Shown: positions 1 through 8,446, counted from the first letter of the stretch. The stretch: DNA of 29,905 nt from Thermotogota bacterium (GCA_039679545.1 JBDKUT010000134.1:1-29905); one strand, 5' to 3'. Notes: a model not told the origin generated them from the sequence alone. A program made the numbers and translations.

Positions 1-165
1 TGTAGCGCACGGCTGACAACGTCGCCTCGAACAGGCACTTCCTCACCTCGTGGTTCCCGCGCTTGCTGATCCGCGACTTGCCGTGCACTGAAGTTCCCGA
101 CTGGACCTGAATCGGATCCAGGCCACCGAGAGCCACGAGCTGCTGTCGGTTGACGCCGGGGTCAA
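1..165 (-). mobile_element. IS110-family transposase remnant (C-terminal Transposase_20 region); 5'-truncated and running off the window start
   Basis: My minus-strand translation is FDPGVNRQQLVALGGLDPIQVQSGTSVHGKSRISKRGNHEVRKCLFEATLSAVRY, matching the IS110 GLxPxxxQSG...ISKRGN motif. An in-frame TGA lies just upstream, so the N-terminal DEDD domain is missing. Confidence 0.85.
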
Positions 166-311
166 ATCTTCACTTCACGTGTCCGAGGTCGCTGCCAACT
201 CGATTCGATCGGGGCCCGGCACACTCACTGCCCCGCTCTGCGTGATCGAGGTCCGCGCCCTGAGCGCCTCCGACCAGTAGAATGGCTCGAGGAACGAGAG
301 GGGGAGACACG

Positions 312-1151
312 ATGCTGAAGAGGCGACGTCCTCAAATGGTAGCGGCGTGCGTGGGTGTTCTGCTGGCCGTCATGGCATGGAGCACAATGGGTTCGGAGCT
401 TCGCACCGGCGGGCGCGGGGTGCTCCTTGGATCGGCCTTGCCATCGGCGGGGGCCAACGCGGAGATCGACCTCTTCGCCGACTACTGGAATCTCGAGGCG
501 ACCAGCACGACGGAGATCTCGCTCTTCCCGTACAGAACGGGCAGTGAGACCATCGCCCTGTCACTCGTCCAGGATTGGCTCAGCCTCACCGCCGAGTACG
601 AGTTCAGCATCGTGCCGCTCGGGATCACGGCCGCGACGATCCTCGCGCAGGCGACGCCGGCGGCGTGGGTGACGGCCTGCGGATCCTTCCTCGTCGATCT
701 GGCAGTCGAAGGCGAGGCGCGCCTTCTGGGTGACGGCTTCGCGGCGACTCCGCTCCGCTCCGAGCTCTGGGTGAAGGGATCGGCCGGCATCGGAACCAGC
801 CTTGGTGCGTTCGACTCCGTCCACATCGCGGCCGCGCTCGAGGGCACGCTCTCCGCGCCAAACGGAACGGTCTGGCCGACGCCGACGCTCATTGCCTCGG
901 CTTCGCTCGGCCGCGCAACGCTGTCGAGCGAGACCGAGCTGTCGCTCGCCGGAGGGATCCACATCGAGGCGGAGACGGTATCGCTCCTGTGCTTGTGGCG
1001 TGAATACGGGCTCTCAGGGAAGGCGTGGTGCACGTTCTCCGGCGAGCCGACGGGGCCGAGCGTCGGACTCCGTATCGCCTATGAGTTCGGCGCTCTGCCG
1101 CTCAGGCCGTTCCCCGACAGCACGGCGTGCGTCGGCGGGGTCTGCCACTAG
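312..1151 (+). CDS. Hypothetical exported, beta-strand-rich protein
   Basis: GGAG precedes ATG 312 and a TAGAAT -10-like hexamer is at 278-283. N-terminus is basic then hydrophobic (signal-like), followed by alternating-pattern strands; ends in CVGGVCH. No family recognised. Confidence 0.65.
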   Translation: MLKRRRPQMVAACVGVLLAVMAWSTMGSELRTGGRGVLLGSALPSAGANAEIDLFADYWNLEATSTTEISLFPYRTGSETIALSLVQDWLSLTAEYEFSIVPLGITAATILAQATPAAWVTACGSFLVDLAVEGEARLLGDGFAATPLRSELWVKGSAGIGTSLGAFDSVHIAAALEGTLSAPNGTVWPTPTLIASASLGRATLSSETELSLAGGIHIEAETVSLLCLWREYGLSGKAWCTFSGEPTGPSVGLRIAYEFGALPLRPFPDSTACVGGVCH

Positions 1152-1308
1152 CCCGGTTCCGGGAGCTTGCCGGTTGCTCGATGCGGTGCCGGCTCCGCAC
1201 TTCCTCTGCCATGACCGGCCGTCGCCACAACTCAGACCTCCATCCCGGCAGGCAGCTGAGGCGTCGAACTGCATCGTCCGCACCGGTCGCTCATAGTCCC
1301 CAGGGCCG

Positions 1309-2262
1309 CTACGGCTTCTGCGCAGCCAGGAAGTCCGCGCTGACCCAGTAGATGTCGGGCATTCGATTCCGCGCGGCGCGGTTCGAGGCGAAGAAGAGGT
1401 ACCGACCGTCCGGCGACAACGACGGGCTGCTCTCTTCCATTGCCGAGTTCACGGGACTTCCGAGGTTGCGCGGCGTCGTCCACGCGCCGTCGGCGTCGCG
1501 AAACGAGACGTACAGGTCGCCGAGCGTGCTCGCCGGCGCGAGGTTGTCAGGCCTACCAGCGGAGTAGAAGAGGAGGAAGCTGCCGTCGGCCGATATGAAG
1601 GGCTCGACGTAGACCGCGCCGCCGTGCGGGAAGACGCCGACGTACTCGGGCATCTGCCACACCCCGTCGGCAAGGCGCGAGCAGTACACGCCCTCCCCGC
1701 CGAGCGAGGCGTAATCAGCCGCATAGTAGAGGGCGCCGTCGAGCGTGAGAGATGGGCTCGCTTCCCCGCTCTGGGACTCGAGAGGAAGAACGACTTCCGC
1801 CGGCTCCGACCATGTTTCGCCCTGCCGAGTCACAAACCAGATGTGGTAGGCGCCGCGCGGCGCAGTCTCGCCGGCGCCGGGCCGCTTGGATGCGAAGTAC
1901 AGCATCGCCCCATCGGCGGTGACGAACGCGCTGGCGTCGTCGTACGCGGAGGCGAAGGAGACCGGCTCGAGCGCCGTCCAACCTTGGCCAACCCTCCTAG
2001 CGACAAGAAGAGTCGCCTTGCCGGATGTAATGCGCGTCACATAGACCTCGGCCGCGTTCGGATGCACGGCGAGCGCAATCTCGATCCCGTCGCCCGACAC
2101 GACGCCCGGCCGGAACACAAGAGGAACGGAGCCCGGAGCCGGTTCGCCGAGGTAGGTGCCGGAGATCTCCGCCACATTGTCGGCGGACGCCACAGGCACG
2201 AGACCACAGACGACAACGGTCAAGAAAGCGAACACCACGGCTCTGGACGTGTCACGCCTCAT
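1309..2262 (-). CDS. Secreted PD40 (TolB-like beta-propeller) repeat protein
   Basis: Start reassigned to MRRDTSRAVV after a GGAGGAGG SD. Signal peptide, YLGEPAPG..P.VF.PG.VS N-terminal motif and PD40 repeats such as ESSPSLSPDGRYLFFASNR. Confidence 0.85.
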   Translation of the reverse strand: MRRDTSRAVVFAFLTVVVCGLVPVASADNVAEISGTYLGEPAPGSVPLVFRPGVVSGDGIEIALAVHPNAAEVYVTRITSGKATLLVARRVGQGWTALEPVSFASAYDDASAFVTADGAMLYFASKRPGAGETAPRGAYHIWFVTRQGETWSEPAEVVLPLESQSGEASPSLTLDGALYYAADYASLGGEGVYCSRLADGVWQMPEYVGVFPHGGAVYVEPFISADGSFLLFYSAGRPDNLAPASTLGDLYVSFRDADGAWTTPRNLGSPVNSAMEESSPSLSPDGRYLFFASNRAARNRMPDIYWVSADFLAAQKP

Positions 2263-2309
2263 CCAATCCTCCTCCCAACTTCCTTTGGACACCCTCACCC
2301 CGTCGTGGA

Positions 2310-3080
2310 TCACCCGTCCGACTCGATAGGCAGCCCCAGGACCCACAGCAGGGCGTACTTCATGAACGTCCACGTCGTGGCGTGTTCCCACTCTGGGTGC
2401 GGCCCCGTCAGGAGAGCCCATCCCGCACCTCGCCGCTGGGCAACGATGGCGGGCTCCCCGGTGCTGCTGTAGGTCGCCAGGATGTACGTCTCCGCGTCCG
2501 GGTCGGCCCGGAAGAACGGGCTGTTGTAGTACCTCGCCGTGAAGACCTGAGGCACACTCCGGGCTATTGGATGCCCAACGTTCGTCACGAGCTCCGCGGC
2601 GCAGACTCCGCCGCTGGAGCCACAGACACCGGGCGCAGGCCCCACGGCCTCGCCGCGGAAGACGCCGAGCTGGCCGTCTGTGTATCGCTCGCCCTCCCAC
2701 ACCTGTACTTCCACAGCGAACATGGCGCCAGCGCACGTCCCAATGAAGACACCACCACGATCCACAGCATCCAGCAGTCCAGCCTTTGCTTCCAGTGTGA
2801 TGCGCTGGATGTACGGAGGCGATGACCCGCCCGGGAAGTAGACAACCGCGAGGTCGCCGATCGATCCGGCGTTCACATCCGCGGCGGTGATGTTGCGGGT
2901 CGAGAACCCCATCCACCGGAACATCTGGATCGCCGCGGAGTAGCAGGTCTTCTCGGCGCCGGCATCGACATACACGCCGATGGTGTATCCGCTCAGGTCG
3001 ACCGGCGCAGCGCCAACGCACAAGAAGCACGAAACTAGAGCGACAGAAGAGACGGCGCTCCGAAGCCACGCTGTTCTCAT
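2310..3080 (-). CDS. Secreted BPL_N / class I glutamine-amidotransferase-like protein
   Basis: GGAGG SD before MRTAWL; signal peptide; motifs VYVDAGA, FPGG, FIGTCAGA (nucleophile Cys) and GPHPE (His-Glu). Confidence 0.8.
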   Translation of the reverse strand: MRTAWLRSAVSSVALVSCFLCVGAAPVDLSGYTIGVYVDAGAEKTCYSAAIQMFRWMGFSTRNITAADVNAGSIGDLAVVYFPGGSSPPYIQRITLEAKAGLLDAVDRGGVFIGTCAGAMFAVEVQVWEGERYTDGQLGVFRGEAVGPAPGVCGSSGGVCAAELVTNVGHPIARSVPQVFTARYYNSPFFRADPDAETYILATYSSTGEPAIVAQRRGAGWALLTGPHPEWEHATTWTFMKYALLWVLGLPIESDG

Positions 3081-3165
3081 TCGAGCACCTCCGTCGTGGA
3101 TGCTCAAGTCTAGCACACGATCTTCGGATCTACACGACGAACCGGAGACTCCCCCTGAGAAGTGA

Positions 3166-3232
3166 CTCAGTCGACAATGAAAAGCTTGACACCTGTCGAG
3201 GTGTGCGGGCGGTGCGCCTCGGCGTTGTCGGC
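3166..3232. repeat. Direct repeat copy 1 flanking the TA module
   Basis: 3200-3232 is identical over 33 bp to 4100-4132; upstream ctcagtcgacaatgaaaagct matches ctcagtcgacgatgaagagct across a ~13-bp indel. Confidence 0.95.
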
Positions 3233-3295
3233 GACTTCACCACGAGGGTCAGACATTCACCTAGCAGGTTCGGAGCAGATCCCGGGCATGCACTG

Positions 3296-3718
3296 CTATG
3301 CTTCGGCCGCTGCCACGGCGGCAAGGAGTTCCACGGGACTCAGTACAGGCAGTGACGCCCTGGCGAAGTCTTTCGCGTTCCGCGTGACGATGGCGGATGC
3401 CCCGCAGGCGCACGCGGCTTCGTGCACGACGGCGTCCTCGAAGTCAGCGAACCCGAGATCCAGAGCACTCGTCACAACCGCGCTAGTCACGGGCGCAACC
3501 TCGAACAGCGAGAGGAGCTGTCGAAGGTGCTTCTCTGCACCTTTGGGACCGACGGCCCGCGTAGCGAGGTAGTAGATCGTCGTGACCGTTGTCGCGCAGA
3601 CACTGCCCTGCATCTTTCCGCGTTCGACAAGAGCGAAGACCTGGGCCGCAGTGGTCGCGTGCGGCTTGCGCGCCAGCAGAACGTCAAGGACGACGTTCGT
3701 GTCGAACAGCACCTTCAT
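3296..3718 (-). CDS. PIN-domain (VapC-like) toxin
   Basis: MKVLFDTNVVLDVLLAR, DFEDAV and IVTRNAKDF PIN motifs; start overlaps the antitoxin stop (ATGA). Confidence 0.93.
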   Translation of the reverse strand: MKVLFDTNVVLDVLLARKPHATTAAQVFALVERGKMQGSVCATTVTTIYYLATRAVGPKGAEKHLRQLLSLFEVAPVTSAVVTSALDLGFADFEDAVVHEAACACGASAIVTRNAKDFARASLPVLSPVELLAAVAAAEA

Positions 3719-3969
3719 CGGTGCTTCTCCTCCAAGTGGCGGCGATAGTCGCGTTCGTTCACGGCGGAGGTTCCAGGCAAGGGTGCGAGCGCCCCCAACA
3801 GAGAGCGCACCTTTGGAGGGAGCGTACCGTCTTCCGCATCACGGGTCGTCTCGATCAGCGCGAAGTAGTCGGCCACGAGCTTCGACAGCGACTTGCCCGA
3901 TGTGCCGGAGAAGCGCTTCGCTCTCCGAATCAGATCCTCGTCGAGCCGCAGTGTGAGCTTCGTGTTCAT
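3715..3969 (-). CDS. DUF6364-family ribbon-helix-helix antitoxin
   Basis: MNTKLTLRLDEDLIRRAK...SLSKLVADYF...YRRHLEEKH; GGAGG SD; directly upstream of the PIN toxin. Confidence 0.88.
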   Translation of the reverse strand: MNTKLTLRLDEDLIRRAKRFSGTSGKSLSKLVADYFALIETTRDAEDGTLPPKVRSLLGALAPLPGTSAVNERDYRRHLEEKHR

Positions 3970-3982
3970 CGCCGCCCTCCAT

Positions 3983-4031
3983 GACGTACACTTTTGGAAC
4001 GCATTGTACGTCCTCGATACGAAAGCGTCAA
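3983..4031 (-). promoter_or_regulatory. Sigma70-type promoter and palindromic operator of the TA operon
   Basis: TTGACG (4031-4026), 17 nt, TACAAT (4008-4003). Inverted repeat GACGTACA (3983-3990)/TGTACGTC (4005-4012) overlaps the -10. Confidence 0.8.
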
Positions 4032-4078
4032 CCACAGCGCCACTTGCCGGCCCCGCGTGAGAGACAGAGGACGAGTTC

Positions 4079-4132
4079 CTCAGTCGACGATGAAGAGCTG
4101 GTGTGCGGGCGGTGCGCCTCGGCGTTGTCGGC
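4079..4132. repeat. Direct repeat copy 2 flanking the TA module
   Basis: The 33-bp identical core lies exactly 900 bp from copy 1. Confidence 0.95.
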
Positions 4133-4205
4133 AACCTGGCAGCTCACGCCGGGAGCCGCCCCTCTCAGGGCCGCGCGCCGCGCCGGCATCATCGCTTGGT
4201 TCGGC
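4129..4205 (-). other. Degenerate attC-like recombination site
   Basis: About 10 nt after the methyltransferase stop: GCCGAAC-caagc-GATGATGCCGG...CCGGCGTGAGC-tgccag-GTTGCCG, which has an R''-L''...L'-R' layout with imperfect pairing. Confidence 0.45.
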
Positions 4206-4214
4206 TGTGCGCCG

Positions 4215-4973
4215 CTAGGCTTCGGCAGGCTTAACGCCGATGTAGGTCTTCACGGACCCGGGTCGCCAGTAGTCGTCGTGGACGTCGTAGCCGGCCTCGC
4301 GCAGAAGAGCCGGCCAGACGTCGGCAGCGAAGATGCCGAGCTTGTGATGGTCGACCTCGACGCGAAGCTTCCCGTTCTCCCGAATGAGGTAGACGATCAG
4401 CCCTTCGTACGTGTCGTCGGCCGGGTCGGGGTCGTAGTTGTTCTCGATGAACACGACGTCGACGCCTTCGGGCTTCGCCTTCGCCTCGGCGTGCGAGACG
4501 CGGGTCTCGTTCTGCTCGAACGTTTCTTTCGTGCCGTCGGGGGACACGATCATCACGCCGCCCGGCTCGAGGTGGCGGTAGGCGGCACGGAAGAGGTGCA
4601 GGAGGTCCTCGCGGGAGGTCATGTACGCGACCGCGTCGTCGATGAGGATCGCGTCGAAGCGGGTCAGGAGCGTGAAGTCGCGCATGTCGCCCTGCACGAA
4701 CGTGCACTCCGGGTTGAGCTTCCTGGCGTTGGCCAGCATGGCCGGGGAGAGGTCGAGGCCGGTGACCTCGTAGTGGCGCTTGAGGTTGTAGGCGTTCTTC
4801 CCGCCGCCGCAACCCAGGTTGAGCAGCGTGCGGACCTTGCGCCTCGCGTGCTTCGCGATCATCTCGACGACGTGGGCGCACCACTCCGCGTACTCGCCGT
4901 CGGGGTCTCCCCACAGCGGCCATAACCATGCCAGATCGCTGTACAACCGCGGCGTCTCTTTGCTGGGCATCAT
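4215..4973 (-). CDS. Class I SAM-dependent methyltransferase
   Basis: LLNLGCGGG, GLDLSPAML, GDMRDF and HLEPGG motifs; GGAGG SD before MMPSKE. Confidence 0.92.
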   Translation of the reverse strand: MMPSKETPRLYSDLAWLWPLWGDPDGEYAEWCAHVVEMIAKHARRKVRTLLNLGCGGGKNAYNLKRHYEVTGLDLSPAMLANARKLNPECTFVQGDMRDFTLLTRFDAILIDDAVAYMTSREDLLHLFRAAYRHLEPGGVMIVSPDGTKETFEQNETRVSHAEAKAKPEGVDVVFIENNYDPDPADDTYEGLIVYLIRENGKLRVEVDHHKLGIFAADVWPALLREAGYDVHDDYWRPGSVKTYIGVKPAEA

Positions 4974-5318
4974 GCTACCTCCAGGGCGCGAAAGAGAGTA
5001 GCTGAGCGACCATGCCCGCGGGGCCCCGTCCGGCCCCCTGGCAGCCCCACTGAACGCGCCCTTGGCAGGAATCACCCGCCGTGAAGGGAAGCCACACAAC
5101 CTTGCGAACTGAATACCCTTGTCCGATCCAGCGGAGTTGGTGGAGAGTCATGTATTCCTGACACGGCGAGGCCGCGGGCCGCCTCACGAGCCGGAGCCTA
5201 ACACGCGCCCATCCAGTTCATCACCGTTCGATCGCGCGGAGAACGCCGAACATGCAGCGGCGGTAAAAGACGTACCCTCTTGGGTCCGCTCGCCGGAGGA
5301 TCAAGCAGGAGGATTGCA

Positions 5319-6413
5319 CTACTTGCCCCGTTCTCCGTCTCCCTCCATCTCAGCGAGGAACTCTGGCAACGCCGCCATATACCTCCCGAATTTTGCGGAA
5401 ATGCTAGCACCTTCGCCACTGTAGAAGCGCCCCAAGGTGACTAGCTCACCGACGGTGAAGTACTCCGCGAGGTACTGGATGAGGGCTTCCTGAAATCGTT
5501 CGCCTGAGAGCTGCCGCCGGAGTGACTCTGCCATCGCCTCATCCTGGATACCTGCAGCCAGGTCGTCCACCCACCTCGTGCTCATGAAAGCAGAGACATA
5601 CTCACGCGCAGCGAGCCGCCTGTCGTGAATGAGCGTAAGCTTCCGCTCTAGCAGCGATTGAGCTGCGTCCGCGTTGCCAAAGGCAACAAAAAACGCACGA
5701 GCGGCATCAAGCACCTGGATGTTGCGTGAGGTTTGAGACAGCCTGGCGAAGAGCGCTGCTGCCTCTTCCCCGTGACCGTTTCTTGCCGCAGACGCAGCCT
5801 GATCGGCCAGCGCCAGCTCTCCCGACATCTCACGCTCGGGTTCCTGATCCGGGATCGGCACGTGTATGTTCCTAGCGGCCTCTGGTAGAGCCGGCTCCTC
5901 ACCCCGAGCTATCGCTAGGAGGTGCGCCTCAAGTTGGGACTGGAACTCACGCACCGAGGAGAAGACCCTGTAGGTCACCTGTCTTGATTCCTCCAGAGAA
6001 CGGCGGAAAGCCAAGACTTTCGCAAGTTGCTCTCCCGGGTCGGCCAGGCCGGACAGTCCCACTTGCTTGAAGAAACACATGATCCGCGGCGCGCCCGTCT
6101 GCTTGAATCGACGCAAAGCCCGCTGAAACTCCTCCTCTGTATAGGCTGTGTAGCCCACCGAATCAGCACAGGTCTGACCCCACCGCCGATGGAAGACACA
6201 GAGGAAGACGTCGCATTGGTCAAGTAGCGCGTTTATGCTGTCTTGGGGGCGCGGCCCGGTAGATGCCAAGAGATCCTCGAATCCAACAGGCGTGAACTCG
6301 TAATCGGTGCGGCCCGATAGCTCGTGCAGAAGATCCCGGAACGCATGTCTCTCCTCTTCCACATCGCCGGGAGACGCAAGGAATACGCCTATGCGATGAC
6401 GGTCTGCGTTCAT
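5319..6413 (-). CDS. DUF4062-domain protein with helical middle and DUF2059-like C-terminus
   Basis: VFLASPGDVEEER, CDVFLCVFHRRWG and YTEEEF (DUF4062-type); C-terminal YLAEYFTVGELVTLGRFYSGEG resembles DUF2059; AAGGAG SD before ATG 6413. Confidence 0.8.
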   Translation of the reverse strand: MNADRHRIGVFLASPGDVEEERHAFRDLLHELSGRTDYEFTPVGFEDLLASTGPRPQDSINALLDQCDVFLCVFHRRWGQTCADSVGYTAYTEEEFQRALRRFKQTGAPRIMCFFKQVGLSGLADPGEQLAKVLAFRRSLEESRQVTYRVFSSVREFQSQLEAHLLAIARGEEPALPEAARNIHVPIPDQEPEREMSGELALADQAASAARNGHGEEAAALFARLSQTSRNIQVLDAARAFFVAFGNADAAQSLLERKLTLIHDRRLAAREYVSAFMSTRWVDDLAAGIQDEAMAESLRRQLSGERFQEALIQYLAEYFTVGELVTLGRFYSGEGASISAKFGRYMAALPEFLAEMEGDGERGK

Positions 6414-6735
6414 CTGGACTCTCCTTCGCTCAATCCGTGGGCACTGGCTGTGGTTGCCGACCAAACCCGCCAAACAGAGCCACCTCGTGTCGTCTAACTA
6501 CACTCCTCACCGACAGTCGGGTTACGCTTTCCTCCACGTGCTGATATTCGCCTATGCTATCGTCTTGCATCCCTATCCGCAATGTCCACTCACCTCGCAG
6601 GCTAGGCCGATCGACCACAAGGATGGCAGATGAGATCTCTCGGCGCGAAGTTGCCTGCTTCCTCGCGTGTCGTGTAAGGTTTGACTATCACCTATCTCTT
6701 CGAAGCATACTTGGGCGTGTATGCAAGGAGGTTCC

Positions 6736-7875
6736 ATGACACGAGAGAGAGCAGCGGTAAGTCCCGCTGTGCGGTTCCGTCTTGGAGTCTACAGTCTGGC
6801 GGCGCTCTTGGTGTTTCTCGCTGTCCTCGTCGCGTTTCTGCCCGCGAGCGGCTCGCTCGATCTCGGTTGGCAGTTGGTGCTACTCCTCGCCGCGGCGGGA
6901 GGCCTCGGTGCGAGCATTCACACGGCAACGTCGTTCTCGCACCACGCTGGGGTCGGCACGCTCGGGCAGGAATGGACTTGGTGGTTTATTCTCCGACCGG
7001 TCCTAGGGACCGCTCTCGGAGTGCTGTTCGTCCTCGCCGTAACAGGCCTGAACATCGGCGACATACTGAAGAACGTGCCAGAAGGTGATGAGATGCGGGC
7101 GCTCGCCGCCTACCTGGCGCTTGCCGGACTAGCAGGGATGTTCTCCCGCCAGGCCATTGACTGGCTCGGCGGGGTCTTCAGCAGCATTCTCCGAGCCGCC
7201 GACAAGGCTGAGGAAGACGACAAGAAGGCACCGCGTGCAAACCCCAGCCCTCCAGGCGCTGAGGGAACAACACCCCAGCCTGCGAGCAGTCAGGCGAGGA
7301 ATCCCAACCAGCACGGCAGTGTGGCCGCCAGCACACCTCCACCCGATTTGGGCAACTCCGCATCCGGGCCAAGCGAGGAGCCGGAGGACGCCTACAAGGC
7401 CCCGTGGAGACGGCTCGTCCCTATCTACATCGGCGTGTCCATCGCCCTTCTCGCGGCGACCATCGCGCTGACGTGCATCGCATCCACCTGGATTCCGCTC
7501 CCTCCCAGAATGGAGTACCTCATCTCGCTTCTGGTCACGATCGCGGCCGCTCTCGGATCGATGATCCACGTGTTCACGTCGCTCGCCGAATTCGCCGGGC
7601 GGAAGAAGCTTCAACGTCAATGGCTGTGGTGGTACATCCTTCGGCCGTTCATTGCTGCGGCTCTCGGCTTGCTTATCTACTACGGCGTCCGCGCCGTCTG
7701 GATCTCAACCATCGCGACGTTGTCGCAAATGTACATTGTGCTCGTTCTCAGTCTTCTTGCCGGTACGTTCTCGAAGCAGACGGTCCAATGGCTCAGCGGC
7801 TTGTACGACGCCTTCTTCCGCAAGGTCGAGAAGCTAGAGGAGAAGGAGGAGGGGCTGCCGCGGCTGAAGACATGA
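6736..7875 (+). CDS. Multi-pass membrane protein made of two tandem homologous ~4-TM units
   Basis: GGAGG SD. Unit 1 GGLGASIH..TSF...G...L.QEWTWWFILRP...LAGMFSRQAIDWL; unit 2 AALGSMIH..TSL...G...L.RQWLWWYILRP...LAGTFSKQTVQWL; P/S/A-rich linker between. Confidence 0.85.
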   Translation: MTRERAAVSPAVRFRLGVYSLAALLVFLAVLVAFLPASGSLDLGWQLVLLLAAAGGLGASIHTATSFSHHAGVGTLGQEWTWWFILRPVLGTALGVLFVLAVTGLNIGDILKNVPEGDEMRALAAYLALAGLAGMFSRQAIDWLGGVFSSILRAADKAEEDDKKAPRANPSPPGAEGTTPQPASSQARNPNQHGSVAASTPPPDLGNSASGPSEEPEDAYKAPWRRLVPIYIGVSIALLAATIALTCIASTWIPLPPRMEYLISLLVTIAAALGSMIHVFTSLAEFAGRKKLQRQWLWWYILRPFIAAALGLLIYYGVRAVWISTIATLSQMYIVLVLSLLAGTFSKQTVQWLSGLYDAFFRKVEKLEEKEEGLPRLKT

Positions 7876-7945
7876 GGATGAGAGCGTTCTTACATCCGAG
7901 AGTACGCGAGGCGAAACCGAGACACTGAGTCGTTCACCCCTGGCG

Positions 7946-8427
7946 TCAACACGCCGCAGAGGCCAGGTCGGCGAGCCGCTTCTCGTAGTCGACGACAAAC
8001 GAGTGCTTCCCGCGCTCGACGACCGTGTGGCCTTCGGCCTCGAGTCGTTCTCGCTGGCCCTCGACTCCACCGGGATACTTGGGGTTGAGTTCGCCACCGG
8101 ACGTCAGCGTCCGCCAGTACGGCGTGACGTCGGCGCAGCCGTCCCGCTCGTCCTCGGCCGCTGCCTCGGCGGCGATGCGCGCAAAGATGCCCGTCGTGAT
8201 CGGGCACGCGATCGTTGCGCCGTGACGCGCGGCGAGGATCTCCCGCAGGGCGTTGATCGTCGTCAGCTTTCCTTTGGGAACCGCGTGCATCAGCTCGTCG
8301 ACCTCGCGCGGCGCCGGGATCACGAACATCCCCTCGCCCCAACGAGCGCTCCTGCGCGCGTCGATCTCCTCGACGCGCGCAGGCCATGGTCGTCATCCAG
8401 CTTCTCCCGCCACGTCTTCCTCGCCAT
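7946..8427 (-). pseudogene. MGMT-family DNA-binding / alkyltransferase-like protein with a 1-bp frameshift near 8380 (or a sequencing error)
   Basis: MARKTWREKLDDDHGL from ATG 8427 joins RVEEIDARRSARWGEGMFVIPAPREV if one base is restored; span is 482 nt (3n-1). VPKGKLTT, PYWR and LEAEG motifs. Confidence 0.8.
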
Positions 8428-8446
8428 GGGGCCTCTCAACCTTCCT

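Noticed and set aside
2263..3069. N-terminal 269 aa of the 586-aa ORF 1309..3069
   Set aside because: It overlaps the BPL_N gene in another frame and is Arg-rich junk; the real start is 2262 with an SD and signal peptide.
3166..4132. 33-bp repeats as a CRISPR array
   Set aside because: Only two copies, 900 bp apart and enclosing genes; no cas genes.
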